DNA of 64,000 nucleotides from Nitrospirota bacterium (GTDB taxonomy: Bacteria > Nitrospirota > Nitrospiria > Nitrospirales > UBA8639), in the NCBI GenBank assembly GCA_029864405.1, contig JAOTTP010000004.1, positions 22,047 to 86,046 of the forward strand, read 5' to 3'. This document shows, one piece after another, positions 37,001-46,691 of the stretch. Each line of letters starts with the position of its first letter. The first letter of the stretch is position 1. The translations under genes were made by a program, and so were the position numbers. Below the pieces are notes generated by a model. It saw only the letters and a list, made by a program, of their open reading frames with translations, did no database searches and was not told the DNA's origin.

Positions 37001-38329
37001 TTGGAGAGCATTCTGGCGCTCAATGGCTGTTGTGATTCGGTCACCCACCATTTTCAGGGTGTCCACGGTCAAGTCTGTCAAAGGGTGTTTGGCAAATAAG
37101 GCCATGACTCCAACCACGTCTTGGCCCTTGAGTAATGGATAACCGGCAAAGGCGACCAGTCCCTCTTGTTTGGCCCACTCCTGGGAGGGGATACGAGGGT
37201 CTCCGATCACGGTATTGGTCAAATGGGGTTTCTTCTCTGCAGCAATCTGACCAATTTTAAATTGTCCGACCGGTATACGACCATGGGGACCATTCAAATG
37301 GGTATAGAGGCCGGCGCTGGCTTGTAGTTCTAGGACTTGCTGTGCTGAATTGAGGGTCCAAATTCGAGCAAAGGCGGCATTGAGATGGTCCACAATCGCT
37401 TGCGCGCATTGCTGAAGAAGGGGTTGGAGTCCCTGAGTTTGGCTAATGATTCTTCCCACTTCAGCATCTAACGCCAACAAGCGGTTCTGATCTGCCAAGG
37501 TGGACTCGGCCTTTTTCCGCTCGGTGATATCAGCCACCGAGGCTAGCACGAAGGTTTCTTCTCCGGTGACCAGGGGATTCAAGCCGAGTTCGACGGAAAA
37601 CTCAGAGCCATTTTTGCGGAGGCCATAGAGGTGGCGTCCGCTGCCCATGGCGCGGGACTGGGGGTGGGCAAAGAACCTGGTGCGGTGCGCTGGATGTTGG
37701 GGTCGAAAGCGTTCCGGGATCAATAGTTCGATCGGCTGGCCCAGCAGCTCCTCGCGAGGATAGCCGAACAGTTGGGTTACCAAATGATTGGCGAGGACAA
37801 TGGTGCCCTGGCGATCAATCATAATCATGCCGCTGGGGGCAGCCTCGATGACGAGGCGAAACTTCTCTTCGGCTTTCTTGCGTTCGGTGATTTCTAATTG
37901 GGCTTTTTTTCGGAGTCGTTGGGATTCCGCCACCTGGCGGTGCAGATCGGAAATGTCTTGAAGGATGACCAAAGCCCGCCATTCTTGTGTAGGGTCGTCC
38001 CAAAGAGCTTTGGCGATGGTGTGTTGAATGCGTGGTTGTCCATTAGGGAGGTGACAGGGAAGAAATGTCGGATGAAACTCCGAAGCGAAGATGGCTGGGG
38101 GACCACCTTCAAACAGTGGCTCAAGGCGTGAGGTATATTTGGGTGTTCCTAAGTGGGGGAAATACGATTCAATGGGAGTTCCGACGATCGCAGATTTGAG
38201 AATACCCGTCCAGTCTTCCAGGCACTGATTCCAAAAGGCCACCGTCCCCTCCCGACGCAGGATGAATACGCCTTGAGGAAGATGATCAAGGATTTGAAAA
38301 GCATGAAACTGTGCGTCAAGTTGAGGCAT
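34079..38329 (-). CDS. Cytoplasmic hybrid histidine kinase PAS-PAS-GAF-PAS-PAS-HisKA-HATPase-REC-REC-Hpt
   Basis: MSHEIRTPLNG, NLIGNAIKFT, DTGIG, GGTGLGL, DCQMPEMDG, AHTCKGS; no TM segments. Confidence 0.93.
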   Translation of the reverse strand: MPQLDAQFHAFQILDHLPQGVFILRREGTVAFWNQCLEDWTGILKSAIVGTPIESYFPHLGTPKYTSRLEPLFEGGPPAIFASEFHPTFLPCHLPNGQPRIQHTIAKALWDDPTQEWRALVILQDISDLHRQVAESQRLRKKAQLEITERKKAEEKFRLVIEAAPSGMIMIDRQGTIVLANHLVTQLFGYPREELLGQPIELLIPERFRPQHPAHRTRFFAHPQSRAMGSGRHLYGLRKNGSEFSVELGLNPLVTGEETFVLASVADITERKKAESTLADQNRLLALDAEVGRIISQTQGLQPLLQQCAQAIVDHLNAAFARIWTLNSAQQVLELQASAGLYTHLNGPHGRIPVGQFKIGQIAAEKKPHLTNTVIGDPRIPSQEWAKQEGLVAFAGYPLLKGQDVVGVMALFAKHPLTDLTVDTLKMVGDRITTAIERQNALQAHQELSQRNERILASAGEGIYGVDMEGRTTFVNPAGARLLGYEPQELIGLLMHPTVHHTKPDGSPYHREECPMYAAFTDGTFHVVEDEVLWRKDGTALPVEYTSTPIHDEKNRLCGAVVIFNDITERKRAEERFRLVVETAPNGMIMINQSGTIVLVNRLTESLFGFSRDELIGQPIESLIPQRFRKDHPHHRSEYTKAVHPDPIMGKGRELWGLHKNGSEIPIEVGLNPIKTQEGRFILASIVDITERKAAEKQMQKDAKNLEETNKELIITRDQALDAARSKSEFLATMSHEIRTPLNGVIGMTDLLLDTDLDADQQEMVETVKKSGEFLLTIINDVLDFSKIDAGKLNLEEIAFDVRTAIDEVLDILAERANSKGLQLISLIDAATPQELRGDPSRIRQILFNLIGNAIKFTERGEVVVHVSLMREPSETTMVKFSVTDTGIGILPEVQPRLFESFTQADRSTTRKFGGTGLGLAICKRLVTLMNGEIGLTSEAGQGSTFWITVPFPHHSSSRIPTTPCPSLQGRHLCIVETHDTIRFLLQHYAESWGMVCEVARNGNEGLAVLQERGRLGQPFDVAILDQTISETIQEDGLSLGKTIRQDSALAQTPLILLTSFGQRGDARLAQDAGFNGYLTKPVRHQQLQQCLQMVLGSQALPASPDDIHSTMLITRHTVEEAQARAQIQILLAEDNLVNQKVAVRMLNKLGYRTDVATNGLEVVEAVGRATYDLIFMDCQMPEMDGLQATRKIREAESVKHEVTENISPAPLPLTPHKNSRVPIIALTANTMKEDRESCLEAGMDDFLGKPVKLEELSTMIAKWLPHRTTKEFVNHPVTDKNMKNSTSLPPCLDETVLQNLKALGGKDDPEFFTTVVDQFLADLPRHLEGIKQAVDHQDPDALMKAAHTCKGSCRSIGATSLAEVSCALDLMGQKGILDGAAKTFAQWLKEKDRTTHALQQERNQSISSALSSPPT

Positions 38330-38942
38330 GAGGCATGGTCGTCGACTGCAAAAGTTGGCTTATGGCGTTGATGAGTAATCCCAAATCAGGGATGCCAAAC
38401 ATGAGCATAATATCCCCCGTCAGGTCGTATTCTTCGATCGTAAAGTGAGTCTGAGCCCAGAGAATCATTTCGGAAGGGTTGGATGGTGGGGGTTTCAGTA
38501 ATCCCCGCAAGGAGATTTCTTGGTAGAAGGGAACGGAATAGGTGATCTGATGTTGTAAAATGTTAGCCAGGGATCCCATGACTCCATTTAACACGATATT
38601 TCCGATTTCCGTGAGTGTGGCTTCTCTCAGTGAATCCATCGTGTCGGAATCTTCGGTTTCTCCCGTTAGGGCCATGACTAAGGCTGCAGCGCTTTCCGTA
38701 GAAAAGAGGAGACAGGCTGATCCGGTAAATGCCCCTTTAAAGGGCAATTGAACGGACGACAGGGTGTCTTCTTTTATGAGTTGGATGTCCTGAGAAATTT
38801 CGTCCAGCTTTCCTAACTGAATAAAGGGAATATGCAACCGGATGGGTTTTTCCAACATCTGGTTGAGGGATCCAGCTGCTCGCCCAACCCCGATGTTCAG
38901 GAGTTCTTGTAAGGCATCGAGTTGTTCTGGGCTTAAGTGCAT
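38316..38942 (-). CDS. cheC: CheC-family phosphatase
   Basis: DALQELLNIGVGRAA and LTEIGNIVLN (two ExxN motifs); start MHLSPEQ at 38942. Confidence 0.85.
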   Translation of the reverse strand: MHLSPEQLDALQELLNIGVGRAAGSLNQMLEKPIRLHIPFIQLGKLDEISQDIQLIKEDTLSSVQLPFKGAFTGSACLLFSTESAAALVMALTGETEDSDTMDSLREATLTEIGNIVLNGVMGSLANILQHQITYSVPFYQEISLRGLLKPPPSNPSEMILWAQTHFTIEEYDLTGDIMLMFGIPDLGLLINAISQLLQSTTMPHAST

Positions 38943-39319
38943 GAGGCCTCCGACGGTTGTTGGGCAGGCAGAATGTTTCGTAAGGCTTGTTGCAATTGGT
39001 CTTGTTTGACGGGTTTGTTCAAGAAGATGGTTGCGCCTAGTTGGAGGCATCGGTCTTTCAGCCAGTCCTGTACATCCGCCGTGAGCACGATGATAGGCAA
39101 TTTCACACCTCGAGATTCCAAGGTTTCCAGGACTTGGACGCCATCCATGATGGGCATGAGCATGTCCAACAGGAGGCAATCTGGTGGGTTGGCCTGAATT
39201 TTCTCAAGGGCTTCTTGCCCGTTACAGGCCGTGTCTACCTCATGCCCCACATCGGCCACGATCGCGGAAAGGGTTTTTCGTTGCAGCAAAGAATCATCGG
39301 TGATCAGTACGCGGCTCAT
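38933..39319 (-). CDS. Single-domain response regulator (CheY-like)
   Basis: VLITDD, LLDMLMP.MDG, VLTAD, NKP. Confidence 0.9.
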   Translation of the reverse strand: MSRVLITDDSLLQRKTLSAIVADVGHEVDTACNGQEALEKIQANPPDCLLLDMLMPIMDGVQVLETLESRGVKLPIIVLTADVQDWLKDRCLQLGATIFLNKPVKQDQLQQALRNILPAQQPSEASCT

Positions 39320-39523
39320 GGGATTGGGTGTTCTCCTTTTTCTTGTCTCGTCGGTACGGCAGCCTCTGTTCATTCTCAAAAAGACAAACCTCCCCTCTGA
39401 GAGTGAGAGGGTGAATTCCTAATGAGTGTTTTCGGGTTTTGAAGGAGGAATCTTTATGGAGTGGAGTCCCCCTTCATGGGCGACTCAGGAAATTGGTAGG
39501 CAGGTACCCCGTCTGCGGGAAAA

Positions 39524-40537
39524 CTAGCGGGGAGGGGATGGCGTGGGAACTGCGAATTTGTCTCCAATCCCATCCAGTGAGCCGAATCGGAGGCCGAGAC
39601 CTTGGCAGACGAGGTATTGCTGATCGAACCGGTTTGTGGTTTTCATGGTCTGTCGAATTGTCGGAACATCCATGAATCCCCATAGGGGCAAGTGAAAGAC
39701 GGAGAGGGGATAATCGGTTCCAAAAATGAGGCGATCGAAAATTTCCGGATGCTGGCGGAGTTTGAGTAACATTCCGAGTCGGTTGGGGAGAGTGAGGGCA
39801 GAAATATCCGCATAGAAATTCGGATAGTGTTTCACGAATTCCAGCAAGGTGGGATAAAACTTTTCATAGACCATGAGTCCGTAACTACAGGCATGGGCGG
39901 CAATGACGGTGGCACCTTCTTCTAATGCGGTGCGCAGACGATTCGGGTCTCCCAGGGATTGGTCTTTTCCGATGAGGCTAAATTCATACCCCACGTGACT
40001 GAGCAACGGGAGCTTCAGGTCTGCCAGGGCACGGTAAAATTGTTGATACCGAGAGTGGCTGGGATCGAATTGTTGGGCATTCGGCAGGACTTTCACCAAT
40101 ACCGCTCCGGCTTCCGCGCAGCGGTGAAGTTCTTCAATCGCATCAATGCGTTGGGGGTTAATGGAGATGCCCGCCAAAAAGTCGTTGGGAAAGTCCTGTA
40201 CCTGCTTGAGGACGTAATCATTGCTAATGAGGAATTCGGTGGCGTGCTGGTTAAGTCGACCGTCGTTGGTGTACACGCCGTCCATACCCAGGAGAACGGC
40301 CTTACCGACATGCCTGGATGCACGCAATTCCCGCAAGAGGTCGTGAAGATATTTGTGGTTCGCGGCAGCCGGGTTACTTGGAGATAACTTGTGTTTCCAG
40401 AGCAAAAACCGAAATAACGGACTCTTCAACATGTGTGAAGAGATCATACAGCCATTGTTTCCCTCTGGCAGAGCGGCCAAATGCACATGGCAATCAATCA
40501 AGGATCTTGGCAGGGGTTGGGAAGGTGTATCTATCAT
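39524..40537 (-). CDS. Amidohydrolase_2 family metal-dependent hydrolase
   Basis: IDCHVH, LSHVG, IAAHAC, YADISA, IFGTDYP. Confidence 0.87.
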   Translation of the reverse strand: MIDTPSQPLPRSLIDCHVHLAALPEGNNGCMISSHMLKSPLFRFLLWKHKLSPSNPAAANHKYLHDLLRELRASRHVGKAVLLGMDGVYTNDGRLNQHATEFLISNDYVLKQVQDFPNDFLAGISINPQRIDAIEELHRCAEAGAVLVKVLPNAQQFDPSHSRYQQFYRALADLKLPLLSHVGYEFSLIGKDQSLGDPNRLRTALEEGATVIAAHACSYGLMVYEKFYPTLLEFVKHYPNFYADISALTLPNRLGMLLKLRQHPEIFDRLIFGTDYPLSVFHLPLWGFMDVPTIRQTMKTTNRFDQQYLVCQGLGLRFGSLDGIGDKFAVPTPSPPR

Positions 40538-41145
40538 TGCATGTTGGCGAGTTGCCGGTCGTGAATGGCTTGAAATGTGAGTTGGCTGGTCACGGCTCCG
40601 ATGAGGGCCAAGAACATATCCCATTGCGTATCCCATTTATCGCCTTGCGTGCCCAGAAAGGCCGTAGCGGCTTCGCCGGTGGCGCGAGCGGTGACCCATT
40701 CAAACAATTCATAGGACGCGCTGAAGGCCAGACATACTGCCGTGACCAGGAAAAACGTCCATTTCCCTGGGACGAGCGGCGATCGCCTGAGTAAAATTTC
40801 ACGCGTGAGGATGGCCGGAACGCATCCTTGAGCAAAGTGGCCGAGACGGTCATAGTGGTTCCGACCCAAGTCACACAGGTCCTGTATCCAGAAGCCCAAT
40901 GGAACCTCGGCGTAAGTGTAATGTCCACCAACGATGAGGATGATTGCATGAATTGTGAGTAATCCATAGGTGAGTGGAGTAAGGGGGAACGGAGCTACGG
41001 TGAACCACAGAAGGGGGATACCCACCAGAACGGGGAGCACCTCCAGCAACCAGGTGAAGCGGTCCTTGGGATCGATGGCCGACCAAAGCAGCAGGAGAAG
41101 TACCAACCCCAGACATCCAAAGATCTCCCATTTAGATTCACGCAT
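40534..41145 (-). CDS. DUF2238 (YjdF) membrane protein
   Basis: TWLLE, GGHYTYAEVPLG, RNHYDRLGHF, FLGTQGD.WDTQWDM. Confidence 0.9.
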   Translation of the reverse strand: MRESKWEIFGCLGLVLLLLLWSAIDPKDRFTWLLEVLPVLVGIPLLWFTVAPFPLTPLTYGLLTIHAIILIVGGHYTYAEVPLGFWIQDLCDLGRNHYDRLGHFAQGCVPAILTREILLRRSPLVPGKWTFFLVTAVCLAFSASYELFEWVTARATGEAATAFLGTQGDKWDTQWDMFLALIGAVTSQLTFQAIHDRQLANMQ

Positions 41146-41339
41146 AGTTCTCTAGGATACGGAAAACGTCTTCGAGTGGTGTATGGTCGGTAGGTTGTGC
41201 CGCAAGGCTCCTTTGCACCATTCCTAATGGGCCTTTGCTGGACAGGTATGCTTTGGCAGTCCCATTCTGGCTTCTGTGTGGCGTATGAGGGAGTTGAGGA
41301 TTACGCAAATTGTGAGGCATGCCGGTAGTTCAGTGCCTG

Positions 41340-44300
41340 TTATTGAGCGAGTTGTGACTTAGTCAATTTTTCCAGAGCCAGCTGTTTTAAGGTGCGTAAG
41401 TCCAGCTTGCCTGTTCCCAATACCGGGAGGTGATCCACTTTGATGAAATTGTCCCGTTTGGGAATGAAAAGATTGGGCAATCCACTAGCCGATATCTTCT
41501 CCAAGATAGCCGGGATGGCCGATTCTTCAAGGGTGTGCAAGACCATCAACTGCTCCCCTTTTCGGTCATCGGGCACGGCGGTGACAGCCAGGACCATGGT
41601 TTCGGCGTTTGCCGCTTCCAGTAAGGCATTCTCCACTCGTCCATGAGGAATCATCTCTCCGCCGATTTTGGAAAACCGAGACAGGCGATCCGTAATCGTG
41701 AGAAACCCATCTTCATCGAGTGTGGCGATATCTCCGGTAATGTACCATCCCTGCCGTATCACCTTGGCAGTCAGATCTTCACGGCCTAAATAGCCCGCCA
41801 TCACGTTGGGTCCTCTGACTAACAACATGCCAGGGGTGCCGACCGGCAACGGTTGCTCGGTGTCAGGATCGACAATTCTGACGGACACGCCGGGAAGCGG
41901 CTGTCCGACCGTTCCTCGCCGGGAGGCCGTTTGGAAAAACCCCGAAGCTCGAAAATCTGGACAGTTGACGGCAATCACGGGCGCACATTCTGTGACCCCA
42001 TATCCTTCAATGGGACGAATGCCAAATCGTTCTTCGAATGCGATCAGAAGCCGGTCGGGTAATTTTTCTGCCCCTGTCAGCACGATCCGGAGGGAACCGA
42101 ATTGTTCCGGGGTGCAGCGGCGAAGGTACAGTTGCAGGAAAGTCGGGGTCGTTAACAGGATGGTGACGTGATGTTGGTGGATCAGGTCTCCAATGGGTCC
42201 GGCATCTAATGGAGAAGGATGATAAATCACGCCGGCTCCATGGATAATCGGAAACCACAGTGTGGTCAGATATCCGAAAGAATGGAAAAAAGGCAAAATC
42301 CCCAAAACACGGTCATTGTGATCCAGGTGCAGAACTTGGGCAATACCTTCCACGTTTGAATCAAGGTTGAAATGACTCAGCAGGACGCCTTTGGGTTCTC
42401 CCGTGCTTCCGCTACTAAAAATAATTGTGGCGATATCATCAATGGAGGGATGCATGGTCGCCCCACAGAGACGCTCCAACATCCGGATTGGAGCGAAGAG
42501 TGCCAGCAAGGCCGCGGTGAGCCGAGCCTGTAAATCAATCGTGTTTCGGATCTCCTCGATCCAGATGGGAGTCAGGTTGGCCGGCAATTCGACTTTGGCT
42601 TTTTCTAAGAAGATGCGACTGGTGAGAACAGTCATTAGCCCAGCTTGTTTGGAGGCAGACTCTAACCCCTGAACGCCGACGGTGTAATTCAAATTGACGG
42701 TGGTTCGTCCCGAAAGAGTCGCGGCCACATTGGCGAGCGCGCCGCCCACACTTGGAGGCAGGAGAATTCCCACCGTCTGTTGCCCTTCCCAATGAGGTCT
42801 GAGTGCTCTTCCCAGGGCGATGGCGCCTGTGAGCGCCTGGAAGCAGGACACACGAGGTCGGGTCGCATCTCCAAACACGACGCGAAACGGGTGTTTCCGC
42901 ATGGACCAGACAAAACTGTGATGGAGAGGGCGTCGGCTGGGTTTTCGTAAACGCCACGCGGCCTCTCCTAATTCCTGAACGGCTTGCCGTACCTTTTCAG
43001 CGGATGTGGTTGAGGGGAGGGGTTCGCCGATAGAAAGCGTGATGGGATAGGGGAAGCGGGTAGGCCACTTTGCTAAAAAACGTCCGCCGATGAAGCTGAA
43101 GACACTCCCCCAGACCCGGTCAAGGTTGATGGGAATAATGGGGACATCGCGGCCTTTGACAATACGGGTGAATCCCGACCGGAAGGGCAAGAGGTTGCCG
43201 GTTCGAGTAATTTGGCCTTCTGGGAAAATGCAAACCAGTTCTCCCCGGTCAAGACTCTGTCCTGCTTGACGTAACGCGTGTAAAATTTCTCTGGGAGATC
43301 CGTTCGAGGAGATTGGAATCACCCCCATGATTTTGGCAAAAGGTTGGAGCACGCGATGGTCATAATAATGTTGGTCGACGAGAAATCGAATGGGGCGATC
43401 GGTGGTGGCAAGTAGGAACAGTCCATCGATGAATGAGACGTGATTGGGCACCAGGAGCGCTCCGCCTTCTTGCGGAATACGATCCCGTCCGATGATGGTG
43501 AGTCGATAGATGGTGTGGGTGAACAAGATTAACATCAACCGGATAAAGGTTTCGGGGAGGACCCGAAGCGCCCCAATGGTCAGGGCCGCGCTCCCAATGC
43601 CGGATACGATAAAAATATTGCTGGCGCTGAGTCCGATCTTTGAGAGGAATCCTGATCCCAGAGATCCCAACAGGACCCCTCCAAAGACCAGGGTATTGGC
43701 AAAGGCAATCACGGCGCCTCGGCGATCAGCGGGGGATCGCCATTGAATGAGGGCGTTGAGCGGGACCACCACAAATCCGCTGGCGAGGCCGAGACAAGCC
43801 ATGGCCAGGAGGGTTCCTCCTAACTGGGGGGCGCCAAACCCTAAGGCGAAGAGACTTGCGGTTATCCCGATGCCTCCCAAGGGAAGGTAGCCTAATTCCA
43901 CTTTGGCCGCTGAGAATTTTCCAGCCAACATGGCTCCAATCCCTATTCCGACTCCGAAGGCTGCCAGGGGGAGCCCTGATAGGGAATCAGATAATTGAAG
44001 AACGGCTTTGGCGTAAATCAACACATCTTGACCAACTAAACTGGCCAACGTCCAAAATGCAATGGCCCCCAGGATCCCCAATTTCAAGACTCGATCCAAT
44101 CGAAGAGCTTCAATGGCCGCATGCCAGGTTTCGCGAATCCCACCCTCGTGTCGAGCTCGTGGGACGGTGGGAATAAACAATGAAGCCCATAATCCTATCC
44201 CCGAACACACCATGAGCACTAATCCTGTCAGCCATGGAGTATGCCCGGAAAGGTCCAGCAAGGGACCCGCCAATGCGGTCCCTGCGATGATGGCGATGAA

Positions 44301-44810
44301 GGTCCACATCTCGAGTTGCCCGTTTCCCCATGACAAGCGGTGGTGTGGTAACAGTTCAGGAAGAATCCCATACTTGGAAGGACTAAAGAGGGCGCTTTGG
44401 GCGCCCATTGCGGCTAGTACCAAGAGTGGGAGAACTCCACCTAGAGGATTCAAAAAGAGGGCCGCGGTGCCGGCTCCCATCAACAAGACTTCTACAGCCT
44501 TCATGACGACGATGACGGTTCGCTTACTGAACCGATCGGAAAACACTCCAGCGAAAGCTGAGACTACCATCAGGGGAAGGGTAAAGATGACAAAGGCTTG
44601 CGTAGTTGTCGCCTGTGATGCTGCTTCAAACTCCGGGCCAGAAGCCCCTGTCGAGGCGGCAACTTGTTTGATAGCCAGGAGGGCGACAATGAGTTTCCAG
44701 GCATTATCGTTGAAGGCTCCAAAAAATTGGGCGACGAGCAGTCCGCGGAGAGCCGAGGATTGAGCTGCGGGTGGTGGGGAGGCTGAGGAAGATTCAGTCA
44801 CTGGGATCAC
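41340..44810 (-). CDS. aas: LplT-like MFS / acyltransferase / acyl-ACP synthetase fusion (Aas family)
   Basis: QFFGAFNDN MFS N-terminus, NHVSFID and FPEG (PlsC), FSSGSTGEPKGV, EGYGVTE, DRLSRFSKIGGE (AMP-binding). Confidence 0.92.
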   Translation of the reverse strand: MIPVTESSSASPPPAAQSSALRGLLVAQFFGAFNDNAWKLIVALLAIKQVAASTGASGPEFEAASQATTTQAFVIFTLPLMVVSAFAGVFSDRFSKRTVIVVMKAVEVLLMGAGTAALFLNPLGGVLPLLVLAAMGAQSALFSPSKYGILPELLPHHRLSWGNGQLEMWTFIAIIAGTALAGPLLDLSGHTPWLTGLVLMVCSGIGLWASLFIPTVPRARHEGGIRETWHAAIEALRLDRVLKLGILGAIAFWTLASLVGQDVLIYAKAVLQLSDSLSGLPLAAFGVGIGIGAMLAGKFSAAKVELGYLPLGGIGITASLFALGFGAPQLGGTLLAMACLGLASGFVVVPLNALIQWRSPADRRGAVIAFANTLVFGGVLLGSLGSGFLSKIGLSASNIFIVSGIGSAALTIGALRVLPETFIRLMLILFTHTIYRLTIIGRDRIPQEGGALLVPNHVSFIDGLFLLATTDRPIRFLVDQHYYDHRVLQPFAKIMGVIPISSNGSPREILHALRQAGQSLDRGELVCIFPEGQITRTGNLLPFRSGFTRIVKGRDVPIIPINLDRVWGSVFSFIGGRFLAKWPTRFPYPITLSIGEPLPSTTSAEKVRQAVQELGEAAWRLRKPSRRPLHHSFVWSMRKHPFRVVFGDATRPRVSCFQALTGAIALGRALRPHWEGQQTVGILLPPSVGGALANVAATLSGRTTVNLNYTVGVQGLESASKQAGLMTVLTSRIFLEKAKVELPANLTPIWIEEIRNTIDLQARLTAALLALFAPIRMLERLCGATMHPSIDDIATIIFSSGSTGEPKGVLLSHFNLDSNVEGIAQVLHLDHNDRVLGILPFFHSFGYLTTLWFPIIHGAGVIYHPSPLDAGPIGDLIHQHHVTILLTTPTFLQLYLRRCTPEQFGSLRIVLTGAEKLPDRLLIAFEERFGIRPIEGYGVTECAPVIAVNCPDFRASGFFQTASRRGTVGQPLPGVSVRIVDPDTEQPLPVGTPGMLLVRGPNVMAGYLGREDLTAKVIRQGWYITGDIATLDEDGFLTITDRLSRFSKIGGEMIPHGRVENALLEAANAETMVLAVTAVPDDRKGEQLMVLHTLEESAIPAILEKISASGLPNLFIPKRDNFIKVDHLPVLGTGKLDLRTLKQLALEKLTKSQLAQ

Positions 44811-45830
44811 GAGGTGTGCGCGTTAGCTCTTTCTTTTATTTTCCTTGAGGGGAAAAAAGATTTTAAGCAAATATCGTACATAACGAAATCAGGGGTATCT
44901 GTTGGTTGTGAATTGGACAGCAAGGGCTAAGGGTATTTCCCGAGCCCGAGATGGTTGAATGGTAACATGATTTGTATTATTTACCAGTAAAAACAAGTCA
45001 GGAGGACCCTCAGAACTCATAGGGGTGAGTCATCTTCAGGAAATAGCGGGACAACAAAGTTGAGTTATCTTGGATGAGCCATCCTTTCCCGTCAATTGTT
45101 TTTGGTCCATATTCTTGATCCCCAGGTAGGGGATTGGCGACGTCATGGTTTGGCGATGTTTGTGGGGATGATCCGTATCATCATGCTATGAGGGGTTTTT
45201 TGACTTTGGACAGGAGGCCCATGAAGGTTGGAATGCGTGGATATTCACGCCGACGAGTTCTGTGGTTCGCGGGGTGAACCTCTTCTCCCTCAAGATAACA
45301 CTGAAAGGCCTTTCTGCTTTTGATGTCCTTCAGGATTCCCTCGACCATCCGCTGTGTTCAGGAGCGGAGGCACTTCTTCGAGGAAATCAGTTTACTGCAC
45401 GTTTGAAGGCCAGCTGTGTTTCCCGTCATCCATTCAAAGAAATCACATCTGTGACTACTCGCAGCTTCGATCGACACCTTTCGTGAAGTGGAGCTTTTGT
45501 TTCAAATGATTCGGACATCCGCCACCGTCCTGGATGATTGAATTCTGCTGGATAGAGCAAGTCCTTTGCCTAAGGGTGCCTTTTTTCCAGAGGCATCCGG
45601 GTTTCCCAGGATGAGGGAGGATGGCAGTGCGGTTCTCAATGCTCTTAAGGTTCTTTCCCATATAGCCGATTCAATTCCGTATGCCGCGCCAAGGCTTTGG
45701 TCTAGGTTGTATGGCATGGTTTTTTTAATTGTCATAATCGGGCCTGCGGCAAAGACTTTCGAAACAAGGGATTTCAGTATATAAGTTGTTACGCCACCTC
45801 GGTAAAGGGACCTCAACGGCTATTTTCACG

Positions 45831-46691
45831 ATGACGACTCAGACGGAAACATCAGGGGTTTCGGTTGGCCAAATGGGAACAGGGGGAGAGTCCGTCTTTC
45901 ATCGAATGCGAAACGTCTTGAATAGCATACATGTGTCTGCCGGGCTCATTAACCATCGGCTTCGGGAATTTCATGTGGATGATGTTGGGCGGGTTGCGGA
46001 TATGTTGGAGGCCCATAGCCATGAATGTGGGTGGTACCTCACTCAGGATCCCAAGGGAAAAAAGATTCCGCATTTCTTGGGGCAGTTAAGTCAGGAATTG
46101 ACGCATAACCATCTCGACACTCTGACGGAATTGACCAGACTCAATTATTACCTTGAGCAATTGGAATATTTTCTGACGGCTGGGCAAACGCCCAATAATG
46201 TGGGGGGATTTAAAGATACCATTCAGTTTGCGACGGTCATGGATGAAGCCTTGGGACCACATCAAGGGGAATTGGATCGGATGGGGGTTCAAGTGTGTCG
46301 GGAGTATCAAATGGTTGGCGAAGGTATTCTGGAAGTATCCAAGCTTCTCCGCATTTTGGTGAATTTGATCCGGAATGCGATCAATGGGATGCGGGAGATA
46401 ACCGGCCGGTCTCATCGCCTCACCCTTTATGTCTTGCCCTGCCCGGACCGAGAAGCGTTTGTCCGCTTGCAGGTCGCCGATACTGGAAGTGGAATCCCAT
46501 CGGATTGTCTGACACGGGTGTTTTCTCCGCAGGCTCCGGGGGCGCAATCAGACCTGTTGCCGAATCTACATGCCAGTGCTGTAGCGGCCAAAGAGCTTGC
46601 TGGATCACTGCGGGTGTGGAGTGATGGTCCGAAGCAGGGAGCGATATTTACTCTTGATTTGCCAGTTATTCACATGGAGGGAGAACGGTAA
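45831..46691 (+). CDS. Sensor-less histidine kinase-like protein with degenerate ATP lid
   Basis: FHRMRNVLNS, LTQDPKGK, NLIRNA and DTGSG are present; F/G2 boxes are replaced by FSPQAPGAQSDLLPNL. Confidence 0.72.
   Translation: MTTQTETSGVSVGQMGTGGESVFHRMRNVLNSIHVSAGLINHRLREFHVDDVGRVADMLEAHSHECGWYLTQDPKGKKIPHFLGQLSQELTHNHLDTLTELTRLNYYLEQLEYFLTAGQTPNNVGGFKDTIQFATVMDEALGPHQGELDRMGVQVCREYQMVGEGILEVSKLLRILVNLIRNAINGMREITGRSHRLTLYVLPCPDREAFVRLQVADTGSGIPSDCLTRVFSPQAPGAQSDLLPNLHASAVAAKELAGSLRVWSDGPKQGAIFTLDLPVIHMEGER

Noticed and set aside
38943-39179. N-terminal extension of CheC in the ORF track
   Set aside because: Overlaps the response regulator; CheC homology starts at MHLSPEQ (38942).
30729-45800. 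Genomic island integrated at tRNA-Thr
   Set aside because: No integrase or transposase. The short matches to the tRNA 3' end (ccactcgccgg at ~30057, gccggctcca at ~42231) are 10-11 bp inside intact genes and are expected by chance.
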